64,000 nucleotides of DNA from Octopus bimaculoides (lineage: Eukaryota): NCBI RefSeq assembly GCF_001194135.2, contig NC_068992.1, forward strand, positions 515,092 through 579,091. The letters are read 5' to 3'. The notes beneath the pieces were generated by a model. The model was not told the DNA's origin and did no database searches. It saw only the letters and a list, made by a program, of their open reading frames with translations. Positions 13,736 to 25,970 of the stretch are shown here, in pieces (within the stretch, counting starts at the first letter, position 1; every line of letters begins with the position of its first letter). Made by a program: the position numbers and the translations under genes.

Positions 13736-13833
13736 TGGCGTAGTGGTCAAGAACGCGGGCTGCTAACCCCAAGATTCCGATTTCGATTCCAAGCAGTGAC
13801 CTGAATCATAATAATAATAATAATAATAATAAT
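13736..13833 (+). other. tRNA(Ser-GCT)-like Pol III head plus (AAT)n inside the Penelope 3' region
   Basis: A box TGGCGTAGTGG (13736-13746), anticodon-arm-like ggctgctaaccc, B-box-like gatttcgattcc (13779-13790), then (AAT)n. No complete cloverleaf, so not a tRNA gene. Confidence 0.6.
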
Positions 13834-13882
13834 ATCGAAAAATACGTGAGGAATGAGAATGCAGGTTCGAAATTTCCCCAAT

Positions 13883-13926
13883 ACACTTAATGAAGGATGG
13901 CGGGTATATCAGCCGAAACGTTGTTT
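13883..13926 (+). ncRNA. Degenerate minimal hammerhead-ribozyme motif (PLE type)
   Basis: acac-TTAATGA-a-ggatg[gcgggtatat]cagcc-GAAA-CGTT-gttt. Core has two changes from CUGANGA and stem II has one mismatch. Confidence 0.5.
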
Positions 13927-15304
13927 TAACAACAAACAAGCTGAGGACAAATATCCGTCAAATGTAAATAACGTGCCTTTTAGCTTTGTTCGTAGAATAA
14001 TGTCTTTGCAGATCGAGGAAAGGCATTGTAGCGATCCTCACGATTAACCCAAAGAGAAATATGTTCGGCATCTCGATTTTAGCTCTCCAAGAAAAATTTC
14101 TGTGATTCTCATATAAATGACAATGAGCAAAAACCATGAAAGTTTGACCGATAGGTTATCACATAGCACATAATTTTGACATTAATTTCTAATACAAAAA
14201 CGACAATAGTCTAATCATTGGAGGTAGCTGTAATTTGTAATTGATAATAACTAATAATATTCAACCATTTCTATAGATATTGACAGATTGCTTATAAAGA
14301 TAAACGGTAATACTTTCTACTAAACTGTAACACTAAATCTGTAATTATTGTTAAGACAACCTCACATATCATTTGTAAATCTTGAATGTTTTCCAAGATA
14401 TACCTTATTTTAGAAGAAAGAAAACTCGTGATGTATTTCTAAAGCGATGAATAATAAATTGAACAGTATTATTAAATAAGAGTATTAATAACGTTCATTT
14501 GCAATTTAATTAGAAAATTTGGAGTAGGACTCAGTGAAGACTGCTACCCAGTCATAGTAGCCTGTTGATAAAAATTCACGTCATTTACATCAGAGAGGCT
14601 CATGGGAAAGACGAGAGAAACGTAGCGTTCCATTTCCTCTGTCTGTTAATAATATGGGGACTTGTTTCTAGATAAAAGCTAACAATATTAATTAATGATT
14701 CGATATTTTTATCTATTGGTCACTTTTAAATAATGTTTTATTTCCTATATTATAATCTTTACTTTTGTTCTTTTTTTTTTACCAGTCATGATTGAAGAAG
14801 GGAAAAGTAAAGTAAAACTAAAAGAAACTATATAATAAGGTTAATTTGTCGATATTATACAGGGAATTGAAGTATTAAAACCTAATCCCAGAGCTTTGAC
14901 TTATTTCATATTCAAATAATATGTCTGTATGTATTTGTATTATATATGTTTTTGTTTTTTGATAGCAAGCCTTCTATATTGTGCTACTTAAAGAGATGAA
15001 AAATATTGTGCGAAAGCAAACTAGTGAGGCGAACGAACCGTGTAAAGAGGCTGAGGAGATGAAAAGGATGATGTGGTTAAAGGGAGAGTGTAAAGTGCAG
15101 CGTATGGTTAGAGAAGGTAAAGGTGCTAACAACAGAGAGGGCGTTAACACAGCCCATCACCGTAATTGTGCCTATCTCACTGTATTAAAAATGGTCACTT
15201 GTCACAAGAGACTCACTTATGATCTTTCATTTATATTTCACACACAAACTATGAACATGATTTACTTGTAAAGAGTTCGGGTTTGCTTGGTCACTTATAG
15301 TTCT

Positions 15305-15720
15305 TTATATATATATATATATATGTGTTTATGTACATATATGTGTGTACCTCTATATGTATGAACACACGTACATTCGTACACACACATACGCACACAC
15401 ACACATATACATGTATGTATGTATGCGTGTATCTATGCATGCATGTATGTATGTATGTATGTATGTATCTATCTATCTATCTCTCAATATATCTATCTAT
15501 CTGCATACATATAAACGTGCATGACTTTATAGGTACACAATTATACATACAACGAAGTTTAAAAGACAAATGCTTATATGTATTTATGTAAACACACAAA
15601 GACAAATATTCACACGTCTGCAGGTACACACACATACGCACAAACACACATGCAAACACACACATACACACGCGCGCGCACACACACACACACTCACATA
15701 TATATGTCAGTCAATCAATC
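15305..15720. repeat. Compound TA/CA/TATG/TATC microsatellite mosaic
   Basis: Directly visible. Confidence 0.9.
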
Positions 15721-16202
15721 TATACATCTATCAGTAAATCTATTTATCGACGTATTCTATTTTGGTTTACAGTAAGTCGTAGCTTTCTCCCTTTACGTAC
15801 AATACATCCTCATACACGCGCTCAAACTCACTCAGACACAAGCATATATCTAGGTTCATACACACGCCAATACATATATAAAGTGTAAAAGTATTCCACT
15901 TAGCTGATCGGTTCTTGCTGGTTGATTTGGGATGTGGGTGTCACTGGAAGTGTTTGTATTATTGGTAATTTTGTTGATGTCAGTGTAATGGCGTTGATAT
16001 CTCTTGAATCAATTTCACAACGGAATAGTTCCTGGACTTTGCCAAAGTTTTGCACTAGTAAAGCATTTGTAATTTAGATAATGGCAGGGAAAATAAAAAG
16101 GTCAGGTGTTCCAGTCGAAATACATGGTTTAGTCATCAAATTTTTCTAAATGGATATATTTCAATTCATTTGTTGCCCTAATATCGACTGCCAACCTCTA
16201 GC

Positions 16203-16262
<60 letters not shown>
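16203..16262. repeat. (TTA)n microsatellite
   Basis: About 20 perfect units, immediately followed by a SINE A head. Confidence 0.97.
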
Positions 16263-16263
<1 letters not shown>

Positions 16264-16486
16264 GGTAGCGAGCTGGTAGGCTCGTTAGTATGCCAGGCAA
16301 AATGCTTAGCGGCATTTCGTCCGCCTGCACGTTCTGATTTCAAACTCCGCTAAAGTCGACTTTGCCTTTCATCCTTACGGGGTCGATAAATTAAGTACCA
16401 GTGAAAACACTGGAGTCGATGTAACCGAATATAGTGCCTTCACAAAAAAAGCAATTCAGGCGTTGTGCTTTTAGTAGAAAGGATTA
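16263..16486 (+). mobile_element. tRNA-derived SINE family A
   Basis: Head gcgagctgg...gttag...aaatgcttagcggcatttcgtc and core gtcgactttgcctttcatcc.t.cggggtcgataaattaagtaccag, shared with the copies at 18030, 26790 and 28215-28648. Confidence 0.85.
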
Positions 16487-17438
16487 TCATTATTGTTGTT
16501 GTTGTTGCTGCTGCTGTTATTATTATTATTCATCCGCTGATCTTTGCAACCTTCCTTATAAGGTTTCCTTCAATGGTAACTCGGATTTGTTGTGAGGTGT
16601 GATTTTATTCTATTTATTCCTATAAGTTTGTCTCGTATTTGGGGCTATTGGGGCAATTAGCGATGTATAGAAATACGTACGCAAACATTGTTATTTGGTT
16701 AAGAGTTTCCTGTTATTTGGAGAAATGATAAAATGTTTGCGACCCTCAAAGAAAAAGAAAGATAGATTCAAAGAATTCAGAATGATTTTCACATAAGACT
16801 GAATTTTCATACGTAAATAAGTATTTGTTTGTAGTTCAGATGACAGCTACCGACATGTTTTGATCTTATTCGAACTCAACAACATTGCCTTATCAACTCA
16901 AATATGCTTTGATCTGCTGACAAAAGTTTGACGAGTAGAAAAAGAGTTTTTTGACAAGCATAATTCTGTAAATTAGAAATAACTAAAAGAAAATAAATGT
17001 TAACGACATGAATTCAGATAATTCAGTTAAACGGAGATGAATTGAACGACTGACACAAACATTTTTTTACTGAAATGAAATTTCTTCTTATTTCGAGAAA
17101 GAAAGAAATTAAAACAAAATAAGCAAAAGAATTAGCAGTAATTGTTGGTAACTCTTAAAGAAAGAATGTTTAATTCATTCAAGAAATTTTAATTCAAGGA
17201 TTTCACCTAAAAGATTATTTTTATGTTTAGAGGAAAAATCTGGTTTTTATCAGGAGGCTAGGTCTCAGTTGGAGATATATTTCAGTCTTATGAGATCTTA
17301 TCAATATATTATAATCTATACAGACCTGTTTTCATGAGTTAACAAGAATTACTGTCAATAGAAAACAAAAAGTGAGCCTAAAGCTATTTGTTGCAATTAC
17401 GTTTATCATTATTATTAGTTTTAAGTGAGCATTCGATA

Positions 17439-17486
17439 CTACTACTACAACTACAACTACTACTACAACTACTACAACTACTACTG

Positions 17487-17536
<50 letters not shown>

Positions 17537-17537
17537 G
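17439..17537. repeat. (ACT)n microsatellite with ACA variants
   Basis: Directly visible. Confidence 0.95.
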
Positions 17538-18029
17538 AGTGAGAAAGCAGCGCATGCCATCAATGTGACACTGGGGTAAAATGTACGAAACGCTATATAC
17601 CCACCATGACTACTCGTCTGATAAGGGTACACGAGACTCACGGATCACAACTACTCAGACATGGCAGAAGTAAATTCCTGGCCTTGAACTTAAATTAGAA
17701 AAAAAATTTGGTGGGAAGAAGTTAATAGAATCAGTTGAGTGCCGCATATTGTCTTACGGTGATATTTCTTTCAAGCCTTTTACTTTCGGAGTTAAAATCC
17801 TGCTGGTGTCATATTCGTCCCTCATCCTTCCAGAATCATTATGCTAGGCTTGCGATAATCAACTGTTCTGTACCACCAAAGTTCTGGTATTGTGGCTTCA
17901 TTAGAAATTATATTAGTATTGGTAATAGTTTTAGGAGCAGTAGAGTAGCAGAAATGGCGTTTGATTGAGAAATATTCATATTTCAAAGTATTTAGTTTGT
18001 CATTCTTTTTACAAAGTTTCAAAGCATTG

Positions 18030-18210
18030 AGCTGGCAGAATCGTTAGCACACCGGACAAAACGTTTAGTTATTAGCATTTCGTCCGTTCTGGGTTAAAAT
18101 TCCGCCGAGGTCGATTTTGCCTTCCATCCTTTCGGGGTCGATAAATTAAGTACCAGTTGAGCACTGTGGACCATATTGGAAGCTTTGTATCTATAATAGA
18201 AAGGAATTCT
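18030..18210 (+). mobile_element. SINE family A
   Basis: gagctggcagaatcgttagcac...gccgaggtcgattttgccttccatcctttcggggtcgataaattaagtaccag. Confidence 0.85.
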
Positions 18211-19002
18211 ATTCACCAAGTTTATGACTTTCTATTGTTATTTTTATCCTTCGTTCATCTTTTTATGATGAAATGTGCCCTATAATATATTGAGCTAAAC
18301 TATTGTCTTTACTTCTGTATTTAGACGAAATTAATTTAAACATTTACCAACATGCTTTGTGTCCATGTAAAAACCAATACATCGCAGTTTGTTATGCAGT
18401 TTTGTATCAAAGTGCATTTGTAAGAGCTTCTTATTTTGTCTCACATTCAGTTATCCTCTTCATTTTCTCTGTGTCTTTTCTTCTTGGTAGTAGAAATTTT
18501 CCTGTCTATTTTTATCTGCTTCCATATCAACTATAAATTATCAATACCCTTGTATGCATCTTTACAGATAACCCTAACATTCCAGTGGTTATGTGACCCT
18601 TCTGACAAATTTACCATTACTCGTGGTAATCTAACAATCTAGAAAACTCTCGTGACACCAAGACACGGAATGTTTCAGAGATATGCTGGCATATATCCCC
18701 ATCATCTTAAAGTGATTAGATTATTGTCTTAGAGTAAATAAACAGGTTAACCTGAAGCAATATTCTAATATTTTCACAAACGGTTTCAATCCTTTATTTT
18801 ATCACACATCCATTCATCTGTCTGAAAGGTACGTTGATTGCACGCAGAAAATGACAGCTAATACAGCTGATGAATGGGGAAACACTGAAGCATAAAAGAC
18901 TGTTCAATATTAATAAAGTGGATTGATTCATGATCACAAAATAAATGCTCATAAATAACGTAAGATGTTTAAACTAAAACATCTGAATAAAGAAATTTGT
19001 CC

Positions 19003-19099
19003 ATATCTACCTACCTACCTACCTACCTACCTACCTATCTGTAAGTGCACACATTCTCTCCATTTCTTTCTTTCTTTTCTTCTTCTTTCTTTCTTTCTT

Positions 19100-19152
<53 letters not shown>

Positions 19153-19174
19153 ATATATATATATATATATATAT
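19003..19174. repeat. (CTAC)n/(CTTT)n/(CT)n/(CA)n/(TA)n series ending at an N gap
   Basis: Directly visible; gap at 19175-19964. Confidence 0.95.
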
Positions 19175-19964
19175 NNNNNNNNNNNNNNNNNNNNNNNNNN
19201 NNNNNNNNNNNNNNNNNNNNNNNNNNNNNNNNNNNNNNNNNNNNNNNNNNNNNNNNNNNNNNNNNNNNNNNNNNNNNNNNNNNNNNNNNNNNNNNNNNNN
19301 NNNNNNNNNNNNNNNNNNNNNNNNNNNNNNNNNNNNNNNNNNNNNNNNNNNNNNNNNNNNNNNNNNNNNNNNNNNNNNNNNNNNNNNNNNNNNNNNNNNN
19401 NNNNNNNNNNNNNNNNNNNNNNNNNNNNNNNNNNNNNNNNNNNNNNNNNNNNNNNNNNNNNNNNNNNNNNNNNNNNNNNNNNNNNNNNNNNNNNNNNNNN
19501 NNNNNNNNNNNNNNNNNNNNNNNNNNNNNNNNNNNNNNNNNNNNNNNNNNNNNNNNNNNNNNNNNNNNNNNNNNNNNNNNNNNNNNNNNNNNNNNNNNNN
19601 NNNNNNNNNNNNNNNNNNNNNNNNNNNNNNNNNNNNNNNNNNNNNNNNNNNNNNNNNNNNNNNNNNNNNNNNNNNNNNNNNNNNNNNNNNNNNNNNNNNN
19701 NNNNNNNNNNNNNNNNNNNNNNNNNNNNNNNNNNNNNNNNNNNNNNNNNNNNNNNNNNNNNNNNNNNNNNNNNNNNNNNNNNNNNNNNNNNNNNNNNNNN
19801 NNNNNNNNNNNNNNNNNNNNNNNNNNNNNNNNNNNNNNNNNNNNNNNNNNNNNNNNNNNNNNNNNNNNNNNNNNNNNNNNNNNNNNNNNNNNNNNNNNNN
19901 NNNNNNNNNNNNNNNNNNNNNNNNNNNNNNNNNNNNNNNNNNNNNNNNNNNNNNNNNNNNNNNN

Positions 19965-20335
19965 AGATGACAACGTTTCTCTAAAAGAAATGGAAAAACT
20001 TTCAAAATACAAAGACCTGGAAATAGAGATAACTCGAATGTGGAATCTAAAAACAGAAACAATTCCTATCATAGTAGGTGCCTTAGGTATAATAAAAAAA
20101 TATTCAGACAAATACATAACAAAAACACCAGGACTTACAAATATATATAACATACAGAAAATTGCACTACTGGGTACTGCACACATTCTACGCAAAACAC
20201 TTTCAATACAGTAAACATAAGAGCACCACAGCAAACCACAGCACATACCCAAGGCGCACAGAGCTGCGCTCGGTAGTGAAGTGAAAGCACGTTGTAAAAA
20301 TAAAACTACTGAATAATAATAATAATAATAATAAG
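19965..20335 (+). mobile_element. Well-preserved 3' end of an R4/Dong-like RLE non-LTR retrotransposon with (TAA)n tail
   Basis: Stop-free DDNVSLKEMEKLSKYKDLEIEITRMWNLKTETIPIIVGALG...LLGTAHILRKTLSIQ* (RLE C-terminal E.EK..KY.DL and PIVIGALG motifs), a ~95-nt 3'UTR, then (AAT)n. The 5' side is lost in the gap. Confidence 0.88.
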
Positions 20336-20670
20336 GTTAATAATCCATTGAGTCGTCGGCGACTAAACCGGCAACCTCACTAAACATGCTTGGTGATGAG
20401 GGCGGATTTTCGACACCCAGCGGGATTAAAAGAAGAAAATTCTAACTGGGCACCACCTGCGAGTTCACGCGCTGTTTACCTTGATATGTGGTCTCCATGC
20501 CACGCATATATGGTTGTAATACACTGAATCAAAACAATAACAGCAGCAACAACACCACCACCACAAACATCATCATCATCATTATCATCATCATCATCAA
20601 AAACAACAACAACAACAAAAACAACGAATTAAATGTAGCATTCATAAAGAAAATAACTCTTGCAGCCTCA

Positions 20671-21140
20671 GGCGCAGGAGTGGCTGTGTGGTAAGTAGCT
20701 TGCTTACCAGCCATATGGTTCCAGGTTCAGTCCCACTGCGTGGTACCTTGGGCAAGTGTCTTCTACTATAGCCTCGGGCCGACCAAAGCCTTGTGAGTGG
20801 ATTTGGTAGACGGAAACTGNNNNNNNNNNTCTTCTACTATAGCCTCGGGCCGACCAAAGCCTTGTGAGTGGATTTGGTAGACGGAAACTGAAAGAAGCCC
20901 GTCGTATATATATGTATATATGTATGTGTGTGTGTTTGTGTGTCTGTGTTTGTCCCACCAACATCGCTTGACAACCGACGCTGGTGTATTTACGTCCCAG
21001 TAACCCAGCGGTTCGGCAAAATAGACCGATAGAATAAGTACTAGGCTTACAACGAATAAGTCCTAGGGTCGATTTTCTCGACTAAAGGCGATACTCCAGC
21101 ATGGCCACAGTCAAATGACTGAAGCAAGTAAAAGAATAAG
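20671..21140 (+). mobile_element. tRNA-derived SINE family B (full length, internal TA/TG microsatellite)
   Basis: Head ggcgcaggagtggctgtgtggtaag...ggttcagtcccactgcgtgg and tail ccagcatggcc.cagtcaaatgactgaa.caagtaaaagaata; mirrored by the minus copy at 45355-45870. Confidence 0.88.
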
Positions 21141-21790
21141 AGAGAGAGAGAGCCTTAGGTTAGACGGAAGTCCTGCAGAAGCAATATCTTCCATTCACAA
21201 ATCAACCTTTTTGAATGTTTAGTTATACTTAAATAATTTTCCGCTAAACTGAATTCCTTTTAATTATAAGAATTTCAATGGTATACTTAACAGGGTGCTT
21301 ACATAATTATATTCTTGCTGTCAGAATCGTGTGTTGGAGGTATACCCAGCTGTTCTATATCCGCTAGGTCACACTGACCAGTAAGTTTCTCATCATTAGT
21401 TGCTTTCTAGCCATTTTGTTGCTCTGGCTACACGAGAGTCTTTTAAAAAGCGTCAATGTTACATAATCTCATTTACCGCTCTGCCTTTCTGCCGTATACT
21501 GTATCAGTCTAAGCGTACTGTGTCCGTCATGCTAAATACTACTTCTGGGACCCGACAGTAACCATATGAATTAATTCTTTTCAGTGGCAAAAGGCCAAAC
21601 ATTAAAAAGAAAGTACTGTAGTTTATTGATACAAACACAGGAAGTGTTTGATATTTGTTTTAACTCAGAGCGTACAGGGACGAAATTAAATATGGCGAGC
21701 TAATTTATACATTGTTCTGTGAACCCCTGGTTTTGATATTTCGTATTTAAATGATCAGTAAACGTATAGAAACAACAAATCATGAATATT

Positions 21791-21795
<5 letters not shown>

Positions 21796-21882
<87 letters not shown>

Positions 21883-21914
21883 CACACATATACATACATA
21901 CATACATACATACA

Positions 21915-21945
<31 letters not shown>

Positions 21946-22010
21946 TTATTTATATACATATGTATGAGTGAGTGTGTGTGTATGAGTGTGTGTGTGCGTG
22001 CGTGAGTGTG
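21796..22010. repeat. (CT)n-(CATA)n-(TG)n microsatellites
   Basis: Directly visible. Confidence 0.95.
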
Positions 22011-22588
22011 TAAGAGTTATAACGACGATTAGGTCTCGTCGTATGGTGTACATATAAACAGCTCTTTAACCAACAGGCAATTGTACACCGCTGTCACGAC
22101 TGAGCTTTCAGTTTAATAGGATTGAATTCCTCGATAACAAAGACTTTAAATGAAGCGATTCAAATATAAACGAACCTGTATACTTTAAGCTGCAATAGCC
22201 TGTTCATGATTGTAAATATTACATTGAAGTACATGAAAAGATAGGGTCCATAAACCTTTGTATATTTTAGAGAGGCTGTTAAGCATTGAGGGTTTGTGAA
22301 GTTGTCATTTTCAGGTTGTTCTGACATTCGCGACACTGAGATAACAATTCGAATAATTAATATTTATTGATGACACATGGTATGGTCATCCATCTACATT
22401 TTCTTGTTGTCTTAGAACATGTAGATGGCGTTCGTTGACAGGGTGTTCGCCAAGGGAAATTTATTAGCTACATTGATGTGTGGCAAGTGAAAAATGTTCC
22501 TACTTCTTTATTGTTTTCCGTTGATGCTTCTTGTGGGCATTAGATGGAAAAGAAGGCAAACTGACAATGCAATCCTAACAACGAAGAA

Positions 22589-22662
<74 letters not shown>

Positions 22663-22942
22663 ACGTAATATCAGTTGTAGTTGCTCTTGTAAAAGAGAGT
22701 GAAAGGAAAGAGAAGGGAAAGTGAAAGTAAAAAAGAAAATGCGAGAAAAATATAGAGAAGTGAAAATGTAGAGGTTAATGATACGGAAAATTTTGTAAGA
22801 GGAGACAGGACAGAACAGATACGTTTTAAAAGGAAGTAATAGAATAACGACACAGAACAGTGAACTCTGGTTTGGCCTGGCAGTCATAAATAAGATAGTC
22901 GATTAGATAAATGGCTACCAATATACCTATCTATCTATCTAC

Positions 22943-23012
<70 letters not shown>

Positions 23013-23050
23013 GTCTGCCTGCATGCCTGCCTGTCTGTCTATCTATCTAT
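22589..23050. repeat. (ACT)n (22589-22661) and (TATC)n (22925-23050) microsatellites
   Basis: Directly visible. Confidence 0.95.
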
Positions 23051-23548
23051 CTCACCGTCTGCCTATTTTTACACCCCTGTAGGTGTGTCTGTCTATTTTA
23101 AGACCTCTCTGTATCTATGTCTGTCTCGCATTCTCTCTCAGTCTCTGTCTATCTCCCTATCTTGTAACCATCCTGCTATCTACCTTTCCATCGATTTACT
23201 TATCACTCAATCTATCGATCCATTTATCTTCATACCTATCTATAGATATTATGTAGAGAGAATATATGTATATTATATTGCGCAACGACGTAAAAGAGCA
23301 ATAAAGTTAATAAAGGAATCCGTCAATAAACTATCAATGCTATTGATCGACGAAGATATGCTCAATAAATTTTGTAATGTTCATGCCGTTCTCGAGAACA
23401 TTAATGACGTAAGTGAATCGTAAAAGCGAGAGAGGAATCGAATTCGTATCGCAAATTCTCCGACTAAAATCATTTACAATATAGTCTTTTATACACACAC
23501 TCACATACACGCTCATATAAACATAAAGACACGTCTAAACGGAAGAGC

Positions 23549-23580
<32 letters not shown>

Positions 23581-25299
23581 NNNNNNNNNNNNNNNNNNNN
23601 NNNNNNNNNNNNNNNNNNNNNNNNNNNNNNNNNNNNNNNNNNNNNNNNNNNNNNNNNNNNNNNNNNNNNNNNNNNNNNNNNNNNNNNNNNNNNNNNNNNN
23701 NNNNNNNNNNNNNNNNNNNNNNNNNNNNNNNNNNNNNNNNNNNNNNNNNNNNNNNNNNNNNNNNNNNNNNNNNNNNNNNNNNNNNNNNNNNNNNNNNNNN
23801 NNNNNNNNNNNNNNNNNNNNNNNNNNNNNNNNNNNNNNNNNNNNNNNNNNNNNNNNNNNNNNNNNNNNNNNNNNNNNNNNNNNNNNNNNNNNNNNNNNNN
23901 NNNNNNNNNNNNNNNNNNNNNNNNNNNNNNNNNNNNNNNNNNNNNNNNNNNNNNNNNNNNNNNNNNNNNNNNNNNNNNNNNNNNNNNNNNNNNNNNNNNN
24001 NNNNNNNNNNNNNNNNNNNNNNNNNNNNNNNNNNNNNNNNNNNNNNNNNNNNNNNNNNNNNNNNNNNNNNNNNNNNNNNNNNNNNNNNNNNNNNNNNNNN
24101 NNNNNNNNNNNNNNNNNNNNNNNNNNNNNNNNNNNNNNNNNNNNNNNNNNNNNNNNNNNNNNNNNNNNNNNNNNNNNNNNNNNNNNNNNNNNNNNNNNNN
24201 NNNNNNNNNNNNNNNNNNNNNNNNNNNNNNNNNNNNNNNNNNNNNNNNNNNNNNNNNNNNNNNNNNNNNNNNNNNNNNNNNNNNNNNNNNNNNNNNNNNN
24301 NNNNNNNNNNNNNNATATATATATATATATATATATACGTATGTATATATCTTTTATGTTCTACTTGTTTCAATCATTAGACTGCGACCATGCTTGTGCA
24401 CTGTACACTTTTTAATATCTGATTCTTGTCTGATTTATTAGGAAGTAAGCAAGCCAACGCCGAGTGCAAGAGATACTCATACACATACACGCACACAGAC
24501 ACAGACATATACACAGACTCTCTCACACGCACACACACACGAAGCGCGCGCACGCACACATGTGCATGTCACAACGCAGAGTCGAAAAGAAATGCTAATC
24601 GAATTTTATGCATTACAAAGCGTTTAAATCTGAGTGAATTATGAATGCCACCACGTTTTCTCGATGTCTTCGATAGGCGAAAATTCTGACGGATTGAATC
24701 ACGCTTTGTTGGGTTTTCCTTAGTGACGACGTATCCGGCTTCTATCGTCAATCAACAGAGTAGAATACTCAGCTGTAATATAAGCGAACCACAAATCAGA
24801 TTAGCACCGAAGGAATGTATTTACGTATGCGTTTCACACATCCTTAAGCCCTTCACCTGTTTTCAGTTCCTTTCAGATATTCTTGTTCACGCTAAGATGC
24901 ACGTAAGTTATATCTTAGTTAACAGACGAGGAACTTTGAAACGAACAAAATGTAAATTTAGCTGTTCGTTTCAGTACTGGCTTAATTTATGGTTGCTTTG
25001 TAGGGTGAAAGAATATTCTATGATCTTGATTCAAAGTCGTCGGATACATCTTCTCTGAGGAGTGAGCAACAAGCTGTAAAACTGTCTGGCAGAAGATCCC
25101 ATTCTTTTTCTCCCCTTAGAAGATCATAGCGAGGAAAATTTCCCATTCAAACTGAAAAAAGTACTTGATTGGTTCTGATTTTCAATAAAGTAGATCGGAA
25201 TCTGGAATTAAGTGCCTTTCCCTGTCTAGAAACAGAACTTATGTTATGATCATTAGTCCAACACCCTAACTATAAGGTCATTTGTCTACCGACATATCC

Positions 25300-25359
25300 A
25301 CGCACACACACACACACACATGCACACACACACACACATGCACACACACACACACACAT

Positions 25360-25395
<36 letters not shown>

Positions 25396-25868
25396 ATGCA
25401 CACACTCTCGTAGAAGGCACACGCACACAAACACACACGCGTACACATACACATATGCATATGTGTGTGTGCGCGTATGCATAATTCCTGCATAAATAAA
25501 TGCACACAGGCATATATATAGAAAAATATACATTTAATACTATACATAGACATTGACACACACACACACACACACACATACACAGAGTATAATATTAATG
25601 TGGGCAACTGGACGCAATATAAATCGCCTAGGCAAAATTTAGCTATCACTAATTCTGATCGTGCCTACTACAAACACTTATATTGCTAAAAATAGCAGTT
25701 AAACCACTTATAGCTGCGAAAAAGCACATTTATACATACTGATAGGGTAGACAACGCCCTTACGAGCGAAGCGAAGTTTGAACACTTGAAATGCCCAGTT
25801 TCATTCTTATGGGAATTGTCAACAGAGTGCCTCCCTCGCTATATATATATGTATATGTGTGTGTGTGT

Positions 25869-25909
<41 letters not shown>

Positions 25910-25970
25910 CGTGCGTGTATGTATGAATATATATAATTGCGCCTATATATGTATGTATATGAATATAAAC
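25300..25970. repeat. (CA)n mosaic and oppositely oriented (TG)n mosaic
   Basis: Directly visible. Confidence 0.9.

Larger units (their letters stand above)
12995..13975 (+). mobile_element. Penelope-like element 3' end: GIY-YIG endonuclease pseudogene plus pseudo-LTR/3' region
   Basis: ORFs 13003..13239 and 13285..13524 are in the same frame, separated by a single TAA: VCLPYEKDLSEKIQKI...CVYSIPRSCGRLYKG*TRHPLKIRVDEH...SGIVDHVW...RKLKEAAHM. This is the PLE GIY-YIG signature (VYxIPCxCGxxYxGET, R..EH, H, E). Confidence 0.9.

Noticed and set aside
13736-13805. Functional tRNA-Ser gene
   Set aside because: No acceptor stem or long variable arm, and the B box is mutated. It is a tRNA-derived head, as are those at 20671, 29021, 39530-39592 and 57150-57228.
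17388-17579. Poly-Leu, poly-Ser and poly-Val ORFs (also 22494-22887, 58296-58738, 60705-61028)
   Set aside because: These are translations of (ACT)n or (TTA)n microsatellites.
18965-20252. Long ORFs of 310-405 aa in the ORF track
   Set aside because: They are mostly N-gap (X) plus microsatellite; only the R4-like C-terminus at 19965-20214 is real signal. The same applies to the ORFs over gaps at 23.5k, 30.9k, 31.9k, 33.4k and 45.6k.
20760-20890. Exact 60-bp direct repeat inside SINE B
   Set aside because: The two identical copies flank an 11-N gap and the other family B copy lacks the duplication; this is typical of overlapping contig ends.
22390-22428. Short hairpin ccatctacat...atgtagatgg
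   Set aside because: Only 10 perfect base pairs plus a short inner stem and no outer extension; too short for a pre-miRNA and within chance expectation.
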